Shown here: piece by piece, positions 48,904 through 58,689 of the stretch
Layout: each line of letters starts with the position of its first letter
Position numbering within the stretch: position 1 is the first letter of the stretch
NCBI GenBank assembly: GCA_026398695.1
Contig: JAPLSJ010000032.1
Coordinates: 11,271 to 75,270, forward strand
Origin: Arenimonas sp.
GTDB lineage: Bacteria > Pseudomonadota > Gammaproteobacteria > Xanthomonadales > Xanthomonadaceae
DNA: 64,000 nucleotides
Direction of reading: 5' to 3'
Position numbers and translations under genes: made by a program
The notes under the pieces: generated by a model
Told to the model about the DNA's origin: nothing
Databases searched by the model: none
The model's input: the letters and a program-made list of their open reading frames with translations, nothing else

Positions 48904-51651
48904 ATGCGTCCCTCCCTCCTGCCGCGCGCCACCCTCGTCCTGCTGGCGGTTTCCGCCGCAGCGCCCGCGTTCGCCGCCAGCGCCGGGGTGAAACCACCCG
49001 CGCCGGTCACGCTGCTCAAGCTCGAAGCGGGCGTGCAGCGCGACGGCCGCCTGCGTTTCCACCCGGCTGATGTGGATGCCGGTTCGCTGCAGCGGGCGGC
49101 GGTCCCCGGCGGGCTGCTGGTGCTGCCCAATCCCGACGGCGGGCAGCTGAGCTACGACTACGTGTCGCATGCCGACCACGCCAGCGGCGACCTCACGTGG
49201 ATCGGCCGCGCCGAGGGTGCGGCGCTGGGCCAGGAGGCCGTGGTCACCATCGGCACCGACGCCGTGTTCGGCCGCCTGCCGCGGCCCGACGGCAGCGTGC
49301 TGCACATCGAAACCGTCGACGGCCGCATCCGGCTGATGGTGGACGAGGCCGCCGCGTCCGGGGAATCGTCCGACGTGCAGGTGGACGACGTCAGCAAGCC
49401 ACCGCTGGCGCTTCTGGAAGCCGCGGCCAAGTCGCGCACGGCGGCGGCGCTGGGGCCCGACACGCTGCAGGCCGACCCGAACCAGCTCGACGTGATGCTG
49501 GCCTACAACGGCGAGCTGGCCACCTACGTGGGCAGCGACGCCGCGGTGCGCACCCTGCTGCAGAACCGCATCGACGTCGGCAACACCGCGCTGGCCAACG
49601 GCGGCGTGGTGGGGCGCTTCCGCCTCGTGGCGACGCCGCGCGTGGACTACACCAACGCCAGCACCAACAGCGACGCGCTCAACCAGATCACCTACTGGCG
49701 CCGCGACAACGCGCCGCCGGTGGCGCTGCAGCTGGCCACGCTGCGCCATCGCCACGGCGCCGACATCGTCGGCCTGGTGCGGCGCTTCAACAAGGTTGAA
49801 TCGTCCAGCTGCGGCAATGGCTGGATTGGCGGTTTCAACGGCACCAGCATTTCCGGCTCGGTCGATTTCGGTTATTTCACCGCCAGCCACGGCACCGATG
49901 CCGGCTCGTTCTGCTCCGACCGCACCATCGGCCATGAAATCGGCCACAACCTGGGCCAGAACCACGACATCGTCACCAGCGAAAACGTGCGCGACGGCGC
50001 CCACACCTACTCACACGGCTACCGCATCACGCCCGCGGGCAGCAACGGTTTCTACACCGTCATGGCCTACCGCGACGGCAGCCAGGTGCAGGCGCTGACC
50101 TTCGCCAATCCCAACGTGGTGCGCACCGACTGTGCCAACCAGGCCTGCGGCGCGGCCGATGCCGACACGGCCCGCAGCCTGAACATCACCCTGCCCGGCG
50201 CCGCCGCGTGGTTCCGCCCGGCCGACGAACTGGTGCGCGACCTGGCCAGCACGCGCGGCCACTTCGACGTCACGCTGTCGGGCCTGCCCGCGCTCACCAA
50301 CGCCCGCTGGCGCATTGAATACGCCGGCACGGGCAGCCTGATCGCCACCGGCCCCACCATCGCGGCCGCCGGCGCCACGGTGAAGGCCAGGGTGGCCTGG
50401 GACGCGCTGCCCGGCCTGCCGGGCACGCCGCTGGCGGCGCGCCTGGTGGTGGAGTCGTCCCCGGGCGTGGTGGTCGCCACGCGCGACCTGCAGCTGTTCC
50501 GCCGCGACTGGGTGCCGGCCGCACGCGCCCTGGCCGACGGCGTGGCCACGACGGTGGCGGTGCCGGCATGGAACCGCGTGGTCGAGGAAAGCCGGCTGTA
50601 TTTCCCGGTGCCGCCGCACGCGCGCAGCGTGCGCATCCAGGTGACGTCGACGGTGGACGTGGACCTGTACGCCGCCCTCGTCACCGACGCCGTGGCGACG
50701 TATCCGCAGCTGTCCGCCGGCACCGCGCGCCCCCAGCCCACCGCCTTCAACAACGGCAGCGCCACCACCAAGGAAGTGGACGTGCCCACGCCGGCGGACG
50801 GCACCCCGTCGCGCATCCTGGTGACGCTGGCGCGGCCTTCGTCGAGCTCGCTCAACTACCAGAACGCCACCGTGACCGCCCGCGTGCAGACCCAGGTGGC
50901 GGCGCCGGCCTTCCGCAGCGGCCAGTACTTCAACCCCGAGCGCTCGGGCCACGGCGTGTTCGTGGATTTCGCCTCCAGCCAGTGGGTGGCCGTCTGGTAC
51001 ACCTACCTCGAAGACGGCACGCCCACCTGGTACTACTCGCAGGCCGCCGCGCCGGCGGCCGGCGGCAGCGGCCTCTGGACCGCGCCCCTGTTCCGCGTCG
51101 GCTGGAACGGTGCCGCCACCACGTCCACCGAGGTCGGCCAGATGATGGTCACGCCCACGGGCGAGAGTTCGATGGTGTTCTCGTACAACCTCGACGGCGA
51201 CAGCGGCACCGAGAAGATGGTGCGCCTGGGCGGCGGCAGCGGTTGCCCGACCTCGCAGGGCGCGCCGCTGGACGCCACGGGCCACTGGTTCTCGCCCAGC
51301 CTGAGCGGTTTCGGCTACAGCGCACAGTACGAACCCAGCCAGGAAATCTACGCCGCGTACCTCTACGACGCCTCCGGCGTGGCGCGCTGGCTGATCGGTG
51401 CGAAGCCCTGGGACGAAAACATCGCGCAGGTGAACCTGGAACAGCTGGCGGGCAGCTGCCCGACCTGCGGTTTCGCCGCCACCCGGTCCACGCTCACCGG
51501 CACGCTCACCCGCACCCTGGGCACCAATACCGACGGCAAGCGCGGACTCACGCAGATCAACGTCAATGCGCCGCTGCTGGCGCCGCTTGGCGGCAGCTGG
51601 ACCCAGTCGCGCGCCACGTCGCCGCTGTCGGCCCGCAAGAACTGCCTCTGA
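48904..51651 (+). CDS. Secreted M12/reprolysin-like zinc metallopeptidase with multiple C-terminal domains
   Basis: Signal peptide; HEIGHNLGQNH metzincin motif; Met-turn TVMAY; GGAG RBS. Confidence 0.88.
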   Translation: MRPSLLPRATLVLLAVSAAAPAFAASAGVKPPAPVTLLKLEAGVQRDGRLRFHPADVDAGSLQRAAVPGGLLVLPNPDGGQLSYDYVSHADHASGDLTWIGRAEGAALGQEAVVTIGTDAVFGRLPRPDGSVLHIETVDGRIRLMVDEAAASGESSDVQVDDVSKPPLALLEAAAKSRTAAALGPDTLQADPNQLDVMLAYNGELATYVGSDAAVRTLLQNRIDVGNTALANGGVVGRFRLVATPRVDYTNASTNSDALNQITYWRRDNAPPVALQLATLRHRHGADIVGLVRRFNKVESSSCGNGWIGGFNGTSISGSVDFGYFTASHGTDAGSFCSDRTIGHEIGHNLGQNHDIVTSENVRDGAHTYSHGYRITPAGSNGFYTVMAYRDGSQVQALTFANPNVVRTDCANQACGAADADTARSLNITLPGAAAWFRPADELVRDLASTRGHFDVTLSGLPALTNARWRIEYAGTGSLIATGPTIAAAGATVKARVAWDALPGLPGTPLAARLVVESSPGVVVATRDLQLFRRDWVPAARALADGVATTVAVPAWNRVVEESRLYFPVPPHARSVRIQVTSTVDVDLYAALVTDAVATYPQLSAGTARPQPTAFNNGSATTKEVDVPTPADGTPSRILVTLARPSSSSLNYQNATVTARVQTQVAAPAFRSGQYFNPERSGHGVFVDFASSQWVAVWYTYLEDGTPTWYYSQAAAPAAGGSGLWTAPLFRVGWNGAATTSTEVGQMMVTPTGESSMVFSYNLDGDSGTEKMVRLGGGSGCPTSQGAPLDATGHWFSPSLSGFGYSAQYEPSQEIYAAYLYDASGVARWLIGAKPWDENIAQVNLEQLAGSCPTCGFAATRSTLTGTLTRTLGTNTDGKRGLTQINVNAPLLAPLGGSWTQSRATSPLSARKNCL

Positions 51652-51659
51652 GGCGGGGC

Positions 51660-51683
51660 CCGGTCCGCCACCCGGCGGACCGG
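51660..51683 (+). terminator. Hairpin after the metallopeptidase stop
   Basis: CCGGTCCGCC/GGCGGACCGG 10-bp stem; no U-tract. Confidence 0.45.
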
Positions 51684-51697
51684 GGCCAGGCACCCCG

Positions 51698-51722
51698 GTC
51701 ACATCCGGCGCGGCAGTGCGTC
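51698..51722 (+). promoter_or_regulatory. Candidate autoregulatory ECF promoter
   Basis: GTCACA-15 nt-CGTC, 30 nt upstream of the ECF sigma ATG. Confidence 0.6.
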
Positions 51723-51751
51723 TTTGTGGATAACATCCCGCGGAGAACGCC

Positions 51752-52897
51752 ATGAGCACCCAAATCCTCGAATCGCTGATCGATGCCCACTACCCGGCCG
51801 CCGCGCGCGGCGACCGGGCGGCCTACGGGCGCATCGTGGCGGGCTGCCAGAGCACGGTCACCAGCATCGCGCTGGCCATCGTGCGCGACGTGCCCACCAG
51901 CGAGGACATCGCCCAGGAAGCCTTCCTGTCGGCGTGGCAGAACCTGCGCAAGCTGCACAACCCCGCGAGTTTCCTGCCCTGGCTGCGGCAGATCACCCGC
52001 AACCTCGCCCGCGACCACCTGCGCAGCCAGGCGCACCGGCGCGCGCCTTCGGGCGACATGGAAGCGGTGTTGGCCGCCGTGGCCGACCCGCATCCGGGCC
52101 CGCCCGACCATCTCGCGCACGCGCAGGAAGAAGCCGCGGCCGCCGACGTGATCGACCGGCTGCCGGAAGAATCGCGCGAGGTCCTGTTGCTGTATTACCG
52201 CGAAGGCCAGAGCTCGCGCCAGGTCGCCAGCTTGCTGGGCCTGCAGGACGCCGCGGTGCGCAAGCGGCTGTCGCGCGCGCGCCAGCTGGTGCGCGACGAA
52301 CTGCTGTAGCGCCTGGGCGACTTCGCCAGGGACACCGCGCCCGGGGCCGGCTTCACCGCCGCGGTCGCCGCCCTGCTGATGACCAGCGCCCCGCCCGCGG
52401 CCGCCGCCGCAACGTTCGGCATGGGCGCCCTGGGCGCCGCCAACGGCGTGGCCAAGCTGGGCGTGGGCGCGCTGGGCGGCGCCGTGGCGGGCATGGTGGG
52501 CGGCCTGATGGGCGTGTGGATCGGCGTGCGCAAGCTGCTGGCCGAACCCTTCGACGAGCGCGAGCGGCGCGGCGTGATCGCCTATGGCGTGGTCACCAGC
52601 GCGCTGGCGATCGGCTTCAGCGTGGCCATCACCCTGCTGGGCAAAGTGCCCGGCTGGATCCCGCACGTGGCCACCACCGTGGTTTTCATGGTGGGCATGC
52701 TGGTGTCGTGCGGCTGGTGGCTGCCGCGCATCCTGGCGCGCCGGCGCGCGCACGCCTTCCTGGTTGATCCCGAAGGTGCGGCGTATCTCTACAGCCGCGA
52801 GCGCGCGCGGCGCTGGGCGGGCGCGGTGATGGCGGGCGTGGGCCTGGCCCTGGCGGGCGTGCTGATGGGGCTGCATTTCAGCGGGCGGTTGGGATGA
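51752..52897 (+). pseudogene. ECF sigma-70 factor with C-terminal transmembrane extension, interrupted by one in-frame TAG (52307-52309)
   Basis: Sigma-2 (EDIAQEAFLSAW, FLPWLRQITRN) and sigma-4 (LPEESREVLLLYY...VRKRLSRAR). The frame continues after TAG (RLGDFARDTAPGAGF...) into the in-frame 52379-52897 TM ORF, whose ATG has no RBS. Confidence 0.8.
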
Positions 52898-53478
52898 AGC
52901 ACCGCGTCGCACGCTGGCTGTCCATCCTGGGCCACCCGCTGCTGGTGCTGCCGGGCGTGGCGCTGGCCGTGGGCGCCGCCAGCGGCGGCAGCCGGCGCCA
53001 GCTGGGCATCGCCGCGCTGGCGCTGGTCCTGCTGGCCGCGACCATACAGTTCGCGTCGTGGTGGCAGGTGCGCCGCGGGCGCTGGCAGCACGTGGACGCC
53101 AGCCATCGGCACGAGCGCCGGGGCCTCAATCGCTTCCTGCTGGTCCTGCTGGCGGCGTCCGCCGTGTTCTTCGCCACCCTGTCGCCGCAGCCGGCGCTGG
53201 CCCTGGGGCTGGCCTGCGCGGCGGCGATGATCGCGGCCGGCATGGGGCTGGCGCCCTGGCTGAAGCTTTCGCTGCATGCGTCGTTCGCGGTGTTCTCGGC
53301 GGCGCTGCTGTGGGCGCTGGGGCCGACGGCGATGGCGCTGGGCCTGGCCTTTGCCGGGGCCGTGGCCTGGTCGCGCTGGGTGCTGGGCCGGCACCGCCGG
53401 CGCGAACTGCTGGCCGGCGCCCTGGCGGGCGCGGCGGCGGGGCTGGTGTTCTGGTGGCTGCTGCCGCGGGTGACCTGA
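52894..53478 (+). CDS. Integral membrane protein, PAP2-like
   Basis: About six TMs; KLSLH and WSRWVLGRH motifs; ATGA overlap with the ECF tail stop. Confidence 0.7.
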   Translation: MKHRVARWLSILGHPLLVLPGVALAVGAASGGSRRQLGIAALALVLLAATIQFASWWQVRRGRWQHVDASHRHERRGLNRFLLVLLAASAVFFATLSPQPALALGLACAAAMIAAGMGLAPWLKLSLHASFAVFSAALLWALGPTAMALGLAFAGAVAWSRWVLGRHRRRELLAGALAGAAAGLVFWWLLPRVT

Positions 53479-53496
53479 GGGCGCGCCCGCGCGGCG

Positions 53497-53853
53497 TCAC
53501 ATGGTGTGCGTGGGCTTGTCGGCTTCCAGCGTGCCCGCCAGCATGGTTTCGATCTTGCCCTTCACCTGCTCGGCTTCGGCGGTGTCGGCGAACTGCACGC
53601 CGATGCCGGCCGCCCGGTTGCCCTGCGCGCCCGCCGGAGTGATCCAGACGACCTTGCCGGCCACGGGCAGGCGGTCTTTTTCTTCCATCAGCGACAGCAG
53701 GATGAAGACCTCGTCGCCCAGCGCATAGCGCTTGGCCGTCGGCACGAAGATGCCGCCGCCCTTGATGAAGGGCATGTACGCGTTGTACAGCGCCGCCTTG
53801 TCCTTGATCGCCAGGGACAGGATGCCCTGCCTTGCGCCTGCACCACCCATCAT
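53497..53853 (-). CDS. pilZ: Type IV pilus assembly protein PilZ
   Basis: LYNAYMPFIKGGGIFVPT, GKVVWITP, PTHTM C-terminus; downstream of holB. Confidence 0.93.
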   Translation of the reverse strand: MMGGAGARQGILSLAIKDKAALYNAYMPFIKGGGIFVPTAKRYALGDEVFILLSLMEEKDRLPVAGKVVWITPAGAQGNRAAGIGVQFADTAEAEQVKGKIETMLAGTLEADKPTHTM

Positions 53854-54848
53854 CGCCTTGCTCCCTGCATCGCGGTTGCCTTGGACATGCTACGCCATTC
53901 GAGCAGCAGACCGGCCAAGGCCAGGTCGTGGCGCAGGGCCGGCACCGCCAGTTGTTCCCGGGTCCGGTTGATGCCGTCGAACCACGCCGAGAGCATCTGG
54001 AAATCGCCCGGCACGGTCAAGCCCGTGGCCGGACCGGCCCCCAGGCGCTCGGCTGCGGCGTCCAGGGCCAGCTCGGCGGCGAAGCGCAGGCGCAGCGGCG
54101 CGTGCTCGTCCTCGAGCCAGCGCTGCGCGAGTTCGATCGGCGACTGCCGGCCTTCCGACAGCGCATTGAGTTCGGACAACACCTTCCGGCGCAGCTCCAG
54201 CCCGCCGGTGGCCAGCCATTCCGACGCCAGCCCGGGGTGGCCGCGCGACGCATGCAGCGCCGGCGCCAGGGCCGCCTCGCCGTGGCCGCGCTCGCGCAGC
54301 CAGGCCAGGGCCTCGGCCTTGCCGGGCGGCCGGAACTCCAGCCGCTGGCAGCGGCTGCGGATGGTGGCCGGCAGCCGGCCGGGCCGGTCGGTGACCAGCA
54401 GCAGGTAGCGGTCGCGCGAGGGCTCTTCCAGCGTCTTGAGCAGCGCGTTGGACGCGTTGAGGTTCATGGCGTTGGCCGGCGTGATCATCGCCACCTGGGC
54501 GGCGCCCATCTGCGGCGTCAGCGAGAACCAGTGGCCCAGCTCGCGCATCTGGTCCACCACCAGTTCGCTGCGCAGCTTGTCGCCCTTGTCGTTGGGGATG
54601 AAGCTGGTGAACTTGAAGTCGGGGTGCGTGCCGGCGGCGAACAGTTGGCAGGCGCGGCAGCGCCCGCAGGCCAGCCCGTCGGCACCGGGCGTCGGGCACA
54701 GCAGCCGCTGCGCCAGGCGCATCGCCACCTCGCCCTTGCCCATCTTCGCGGCGCCGGAAAACAGCAGGGCGTGGCCCAGGCGCCCTTCGGCCAGCGAAGC
54801 CAGGGCGCTGTCGAGCACGCGCTGCTGCCAGGGCGCGAACGCGCTCAA
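53850..54848 (-). CDS. holB: DNA polymerase III subunit delta-prime
   Basis: HALLF, CGRCRAC, HPDF, NALLKTLEEP, TIRSRC. Confidence 0.94.
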   Translation of the reverse strand: MSAFAPWQQRVLDSALASLAEGRLGHALLFSGAAKMGKGEVAMRLAQRLLCPTPGADGLACGRCRACQLFAAGTHPDFKFTSFIPNDKGDKLRSELVVDQMRELGHWFSLTPQMGAAQVAMITPANAMNLNASNALLKTLEEPSRDRYLLLVTDRPGRLPATIRSRCQRLEFRPPGKAEALAWLRERGHGEAALAPALHASRGHPGLASEWLATGGLELRRKVLSELNALSEGRQSPIELAQRWLEDEHAPLRLRFAAELALDAAAERLGAGPATGLTVPGDFQMLSAWFDGINRTREQLAVPALRHDLALAGLLLEWRSMSKATAMQGARR

Positions 54849-55477
54849 CCGTTTGCCTCCAGCCAGTCCGACAGCGCGGCCAGCACCGCGCGCCGCACGT
54901 CAGGCGCCGGCTGGCTGGCGTCGATCACGCGGAAGCGCGCGGGCTCGGCGGCCGCGCGCGCCAGGTAAGTGGCCCGCACGCGCTCGAAGAAATCGCCGCG
55001 CTCGCGCTCGATGCGGTCGGGCTCGCCGCCGCGCGAGCGCGCCCGCGCCAGGCCTTCGGCCACGCCCACGTCGAGCAGGAAGGTGAGGTCGGGCTTGATG
55101 CCCGCCGCCCAGCGTTCGAGGTCGGCGATGCAGCCCGTGTCCAGGCCGCGGCCGCCGCCCTGGTAGGCGAAGCTGGCGTCGGTGAACCGGTCGGCCAGCA
55201 CCGCCGCGCCGCGCGCCAGGGCGGGCGCGATGACCTGGCGCACCAGCTGCGCGCGCGAGGCGAACATCAGCAGCAGCTCCGTCTCGGGCAGCAGGTGGTT
55301 GCCCGGGTCGAGCAGCAGGCTTCGGATGGCCTCGCCTTCGGGCGTGCCGCCGGGCTCGCGCGTGGGCACCACGTCGCGGCCGCTGGCGGCCAGCGCCTCG
55401 CCCAGCGCGGTCATCACGGTGGACTTGCCCGCGCCCTCGCCGCCCTCGATGCTGATGAAAACGCCGCGTGCGCTCAT
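54845..55477 (-). CDS. tmk: Thymidylate kinase
   Basis: IEGGEGAGKST, TREPGG, DRFTDASFAYQG, PDLTFLLD. Confidence 0.95.
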   Translation of the reverse strand: MSARGVFISIEGGEGAGKSTVMTALGEALAASGRDVVPTREPGGTPEGEAIRSLLLDPGNHLLPETELLLMFASRAQLVRQVIAPALARGAAVLADRFTDASFAYQGGGRGLDTGCIADLERWAAGIKPDLTFLLDVGVAEGLARARSRGGEPDRIERERGDFFERVRATYLARAAAEPARFRVIDASQPAPDVRRAVLAALSDWLEANG

Positions 55478-56505
55478 CGGCAGCGCTTCAGCTGGTGGCA
55501 GGCCACCGCGCGGTTGTGCTCGGCCAGCGTGGCCGAGAACACGTGGCTGCCGTCGCCGCGGGCAACGAAGTAAAGCGTGTCGCCCTGCGCCGGGTTGGCC
55601 GCCGCGAACAGCGCGGCACGCCCGGGCATGGCGATCGGCGTCGGCGGCAGGCCGGCGCGCGTGTAGGTGTTGTAGGGCGTGTCGGTGGTGAGGTCGCTGC
55701 GGCGGATGTTGCCGTCGTAGGCGCTGCCCATGCCGTAGATCACCGTCGGGTCGGTCTGCAGCCGCATGCCCAGCTTGAGCCGCCGCGCGAACACGCCGGC
55801 GATCTCGGGGCGCTCGGACGCCTTGCCGGTTTCCTTTTCGATGATCGATGCCAGCGTCAGCAGCTGCTCCGGCGTCTGGATGGGGATGCCCTCGGCGCGC
55901 GAGGCCCAGGCGTCGGACACGGCCTTGTCCATGGCCAGTGCGGCGCGGTGCAGCAGGTCCAGGTCGGTCATGCCGCGCGTGTAGTGGTAGGTCTCGGGCA
56001 GGAAACGGCCCTCGGCGTGCTGGCCGGCGCGATCGAGCGCGGCCATCAGCGCCTGGTCGTCGAGTTCGCCGGCCTTCTTCACCAGCACCTCGTCCCTGGC
56101 GAGCGCCGCGCGAAGCTCGCGCAGGCTCCAGCCTTCGACGATGGTGAAGCGGTGCTGGATCACCTTGCCGCTTTCGAGCTTGGACAGCAGTTCGCGCGGG
56201 GTGATGCCGTGGCGGATGGCGTAGTCGCCCACCTGCAGGCGCGACACCACCTGCATTTCCTGCGCCAGCACCTTCCACTCCAGGTCGTGCCCTTCCTCGA
56301 TGCCGGCGGCGCGCAGCTTGTCCAGGATGTCCTGGAAGCCGTCGCCGCTTTCCACCGCGATGATGCGTTCGGTGCCGGCCAGCGCGATCGGCGTGTCGGC
56401 GAAGCCCTGGTAGCGCAGCCAGGCCCAGCCGCCGAACGCGACCACGGCCAGCAGCGTCAGCGCGACCAGCGCCTTGAGCACGCGATGCGAGGATGTCTTC
56501 GCCAA
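55474..56505 (-). CDS. mltG: Endolytic transglycosylase MltG
   Basis: N-terminal TM, EGRFLPETY, LASIIEKET, LQTDPTVIYG, YNTY, GLPPTPI. Confidence 0.95.
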   Translation of the reverse strand: MAKTSSHRVLKALVALTLLAVVAFGGWAWLRYQGFADTPIALAGTERIIAVESGDGFQDILDKLRAAGIEEGHDLEWKVLAQEMQVVSRLQVGDYAIRHGITPRELLSKLESGKVIQHRFTIVEGWSLRELRAALARDEVLVKKAGELDDQALMAALDRAGQHAEGRFLPETYHYTRGMTDLDLLHRAALAMDKAVSDAWASRAEGIPIQTPEQLLTLASIIEKETGKASERPEIAGVFARRLKLGMRLQTDPTVIYGMGSAYDGNIRRSDLTTDTPYNTYTRAGLPPTPIAMPGRAALFAAANPAQGDTLYFVARGDGSHVFSATLAEHNRAVACHQLKRCR

Positions 56506-56508
56506 AAC

Positions 56509-57336
56509 CTAGCTCCCGGGATCGAACGCCGGTTCGGACCGGCCCAGTCGCCGCTGCAGTGCCGCCAGCGCCGGATGTGGCGCCCAGCTTCGATCGCCGA
56601 GTCGCCCGACGGGCAGGATACCCCGCACGGCATTGCACAGGAAAAGCGCGTCGGCCGATTCGACCTGGGCCGGCGTCAGCCCGGCTTCCGCGGCCGCCGG
56701 TTCATTGGCCAGCACCCAGGCGCGCGCCACGCCGGCCACGCCGAGCCGCTGCACGGGCGGCGTGAGCCAGCGGCCGTCCACCAGCGCGAATACATTGGCG
56801 GCCGTGGCGCAGCCCACCTGCCCGTCCGTGTCCAGCATCAGGCCCTCGTGGATGGCCGGGTCGCGCCACTCGGCGCGCGCCAGCACCTGCTCGAGGCGGT
56901 TGAGGTGCTTGAGGCCGGCCAGCGCCGGCTGGATCGCCAGCCGCGTGTCGCACCAGCGCAGCGTCAGCGGCGTGGCCATCGGCGCGGGCGCCGCATGCAG
57001 GGAAAGCACCAGCGTGGGCTCCACCGCGTCGGGCGACGCATAGCCGCGCCCGCCGGCACCGCGGGTGAGCATGAGCTTGAGCACGGCGCGCGCGGGCGCC
57101 TGTGCGACGAACGCCGCCAGCTGCGATCCGAGCCAGGCCGCATCGGGCATCGGAATGCGCAGGCGCGCCGCGCCTTCGGCCAGCCGCGCCAGGTGCGCGG
57201 GCCACCAGACCACCAGGCCGTCGTGCACCAGTGCGGTTTCGAACAGGCCGTCGCCATAGGCCAGGCCGCGGTCGCCCGCGTCCAGCGCGGAAATGCGCTG
57301 CTCGCCGCGGAACAGCAGCGAGGCCAGCGCGCTCAC
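56509..57336 (-). CDS. pabC: Aminodeoxychorismate lyase
   Basis: DRGLAYGDGLFET, GLKHLNRLEQVLA, FLCNAVRG. Confidence 0.93.
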   Translation of the reverse strand: MSALASLLFRGEQRISALDAGDRGLAYGDGLFETALVHDGLVVWWPAHLARLAEGAARLRIPMPDAAWLGSQLAAFVAQAPARAVLKLMLTRGAGGRGYASPDAVEPTLVLSLHAAPAPMATPLTLRWCDTRLAIQPALAGLKHLNRLEQVLARAEWRDPAIHEGLMLDTDGQVGCATAANVFALVDGRWLTPPVQRLGVAGVARAWVLANEPAAAEAGLTPAQVESADALFLCNAVRGILPVGRLGDRSWAPHPALAALQRRLGRSEPAFDPGS

Positions 57337-58670
57337 CCGGCCGCTCCCAGCGCGCGCAGCAGGCCGCGCGCCTTGGCGCGGGTTTCGTCGAGCTCGCGCG
57401 CCGCGTCCGAGTCCACCACGATGCCCGCGCCGGTGCGCAGCTGCAGCTCGCGCCCGGCCAGCCAGGCGCTGCGGATGAGGATGTTGAGGTCGAGGTCGCC
57501 GTCGCGGCCCAGGTAGCCCAGCGCGCCGGTGTAAGCGCCGCGGCCCTCGCCCTCGAGCTCGGCGATGATTTCCATGCAGCGCACCTTGGGCGCGCCGGTG
57601 ATGGTGCCGCCCGGGAACACGGCGCGGATCACTTCGCCCGGCGTGGTGCCCGCACGCAGTTCACCGCCGACGTTGCTGACGATGTGGTGCACGTGGGCGT
57701 AGCTTTCCACCGTCATCAGCTCGTCCACGCGCACGCTGCCGGGCACGCAGACGCGGCCCAGGTCGTTGCGCTCGAGGTCGATCAGCATCACGTGCTCGGC
57801 GCGCTCCTTGGGATTGCCCACCAGGTCGCGGATGCGCTCGGCCTCGTCGTCGCCCGGGAAGCGCGGCCGCGTGCCGGCGATCGGCCGCGTCTCCACGCGC
57901 GTGCCGCGCACCGACACCAGCCGTTCGGGCGACGAGCTCAGCAGCGACACCTCGCCCAGCCGCAGCAGCCCGGCGAAGGGCGCCGGGTTGGCGCGGCGCA
58001 GCTGGGCGTACACCGAGGCCGGGTCGGGCGCGACGTCGAATTCGGCGCGCCAGGCGCGCGACAGGTTCACCTGGAACACGTCGCCGGCGCGCAGGTAGCG
58101 GTGGATGCGCGCGACGCCGCCCAGGAAGGCCTGGGCGTCGTCCTCGCGCAGCGCGGGCGGGTCGAACGCCGCCCAGTCGGCGGGCCCGGACGCCGGCACG
58201 ATCGCATCGAGCAGCCACGCCGCTTCGTCCTCCGCCACCGCGAAGCAGCGGCCGCTGTCGCGATCGCGCAGCACGGCTGCCGGGCAGCGCAGCGCCACGG
58301 CCACCGGCAGCGGGCCCGGCGCCGGCGACAGCACCAGGCGCGGTTCCACCTGGGCCGCCAACTCGTAGGCCAGGAACAGCGCCCAGCCGCCAGCGAACGG
58401 CAGGCCGTTCCCGGCGTGCGCCGTCCTGAGCGTCGACCAGTCGGCGTCGAGGGCCTCGAGGAAACCACCCGCCACCACGCCGCCATCCAGGCGGCGCGTG
58501 TGCCCGTCGGCGTCAAGCCGCAGGCCGCCGCCGTCGGCCACCAGCAGCAGGTCCCAGCGCGAGAGCGCGTTGCCGCCCGCGACGCTTTCAAGCAGCAGCG
58601 GGTAGCGCGCCGGATCGGACGACTGCAGGCGAAGCAGGTCGGTGCCGTCGGCCAGCTCGCGGGTCAGCAT
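57333..58670 (-). CDS. pabB: Aminodeoxychorismate synthase component I (chorismate-binding)
   Basis: GDVFQVNLSR, SSSPERL, RPIAGT, KERAEHVM, FPGGTITGAPK, GAGIV; adjacent to pabC. Confidence 0.82.
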   Translation of the reverse strand: MLTRELADGTDLLRLQSSDPARYPLLLESVAGGNALSRWDLLLVADGGGLRLDADGHTRRLDGGVVAGGFLEALDADWSTLRTAHAGNGLPFAGGWALFLAYELAAQVEPRLVLSPAPGPLPVAVALRCPAAVLRDRDSGRCFAVAEDEAAWLLDAIVPASGPADWAAFDPPALREDDAQAFLGGVARIHRYLRAGDVFQVNLSRAWRAEFDVAPDPASVYAQLRRANPAPFAGLLRLGEVSLLSSSPERLVSVRGTRVETRPIAGTRPRFPGDDEAERIRDLVGNPKERAEHVMLIDLERNDLGRVCVPGSVRVDELMTVESYAHVHHIVSNVGGELRAGTTPGEVIRAVFPGGTITGAPKVRCMEIIAELEGEGRGAYTGALGYLGRDGDLDLNILIRSAWLAGRELQLRTGAGIVVDSDAARELDETRAKARGLLRALGAAG

Positions 58671-58689
58671 GGCGGCGCGGCCGGGGGAA

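Noticed and set aside
52307-52309. Amber reassignment or pyrrolysine as an explanation for the in-frame TAG
   Set aside because: TAG ends bepA, the DUF1003 gene, pabC and yceD at their expected C-termini in this window, and no pyl genes or suppressor tRNA are visible.
54845-56638. Apparent long fusions in the ORF track (tmk 597 aa, adaptor 728 aa, rlmKL 820 aa, tesB 566 aa)
   Set aside because: The N-terminal extensions overlap real upstream genes in another frame; true starts are at internal ATGs with an RBS or start/stop overlap.
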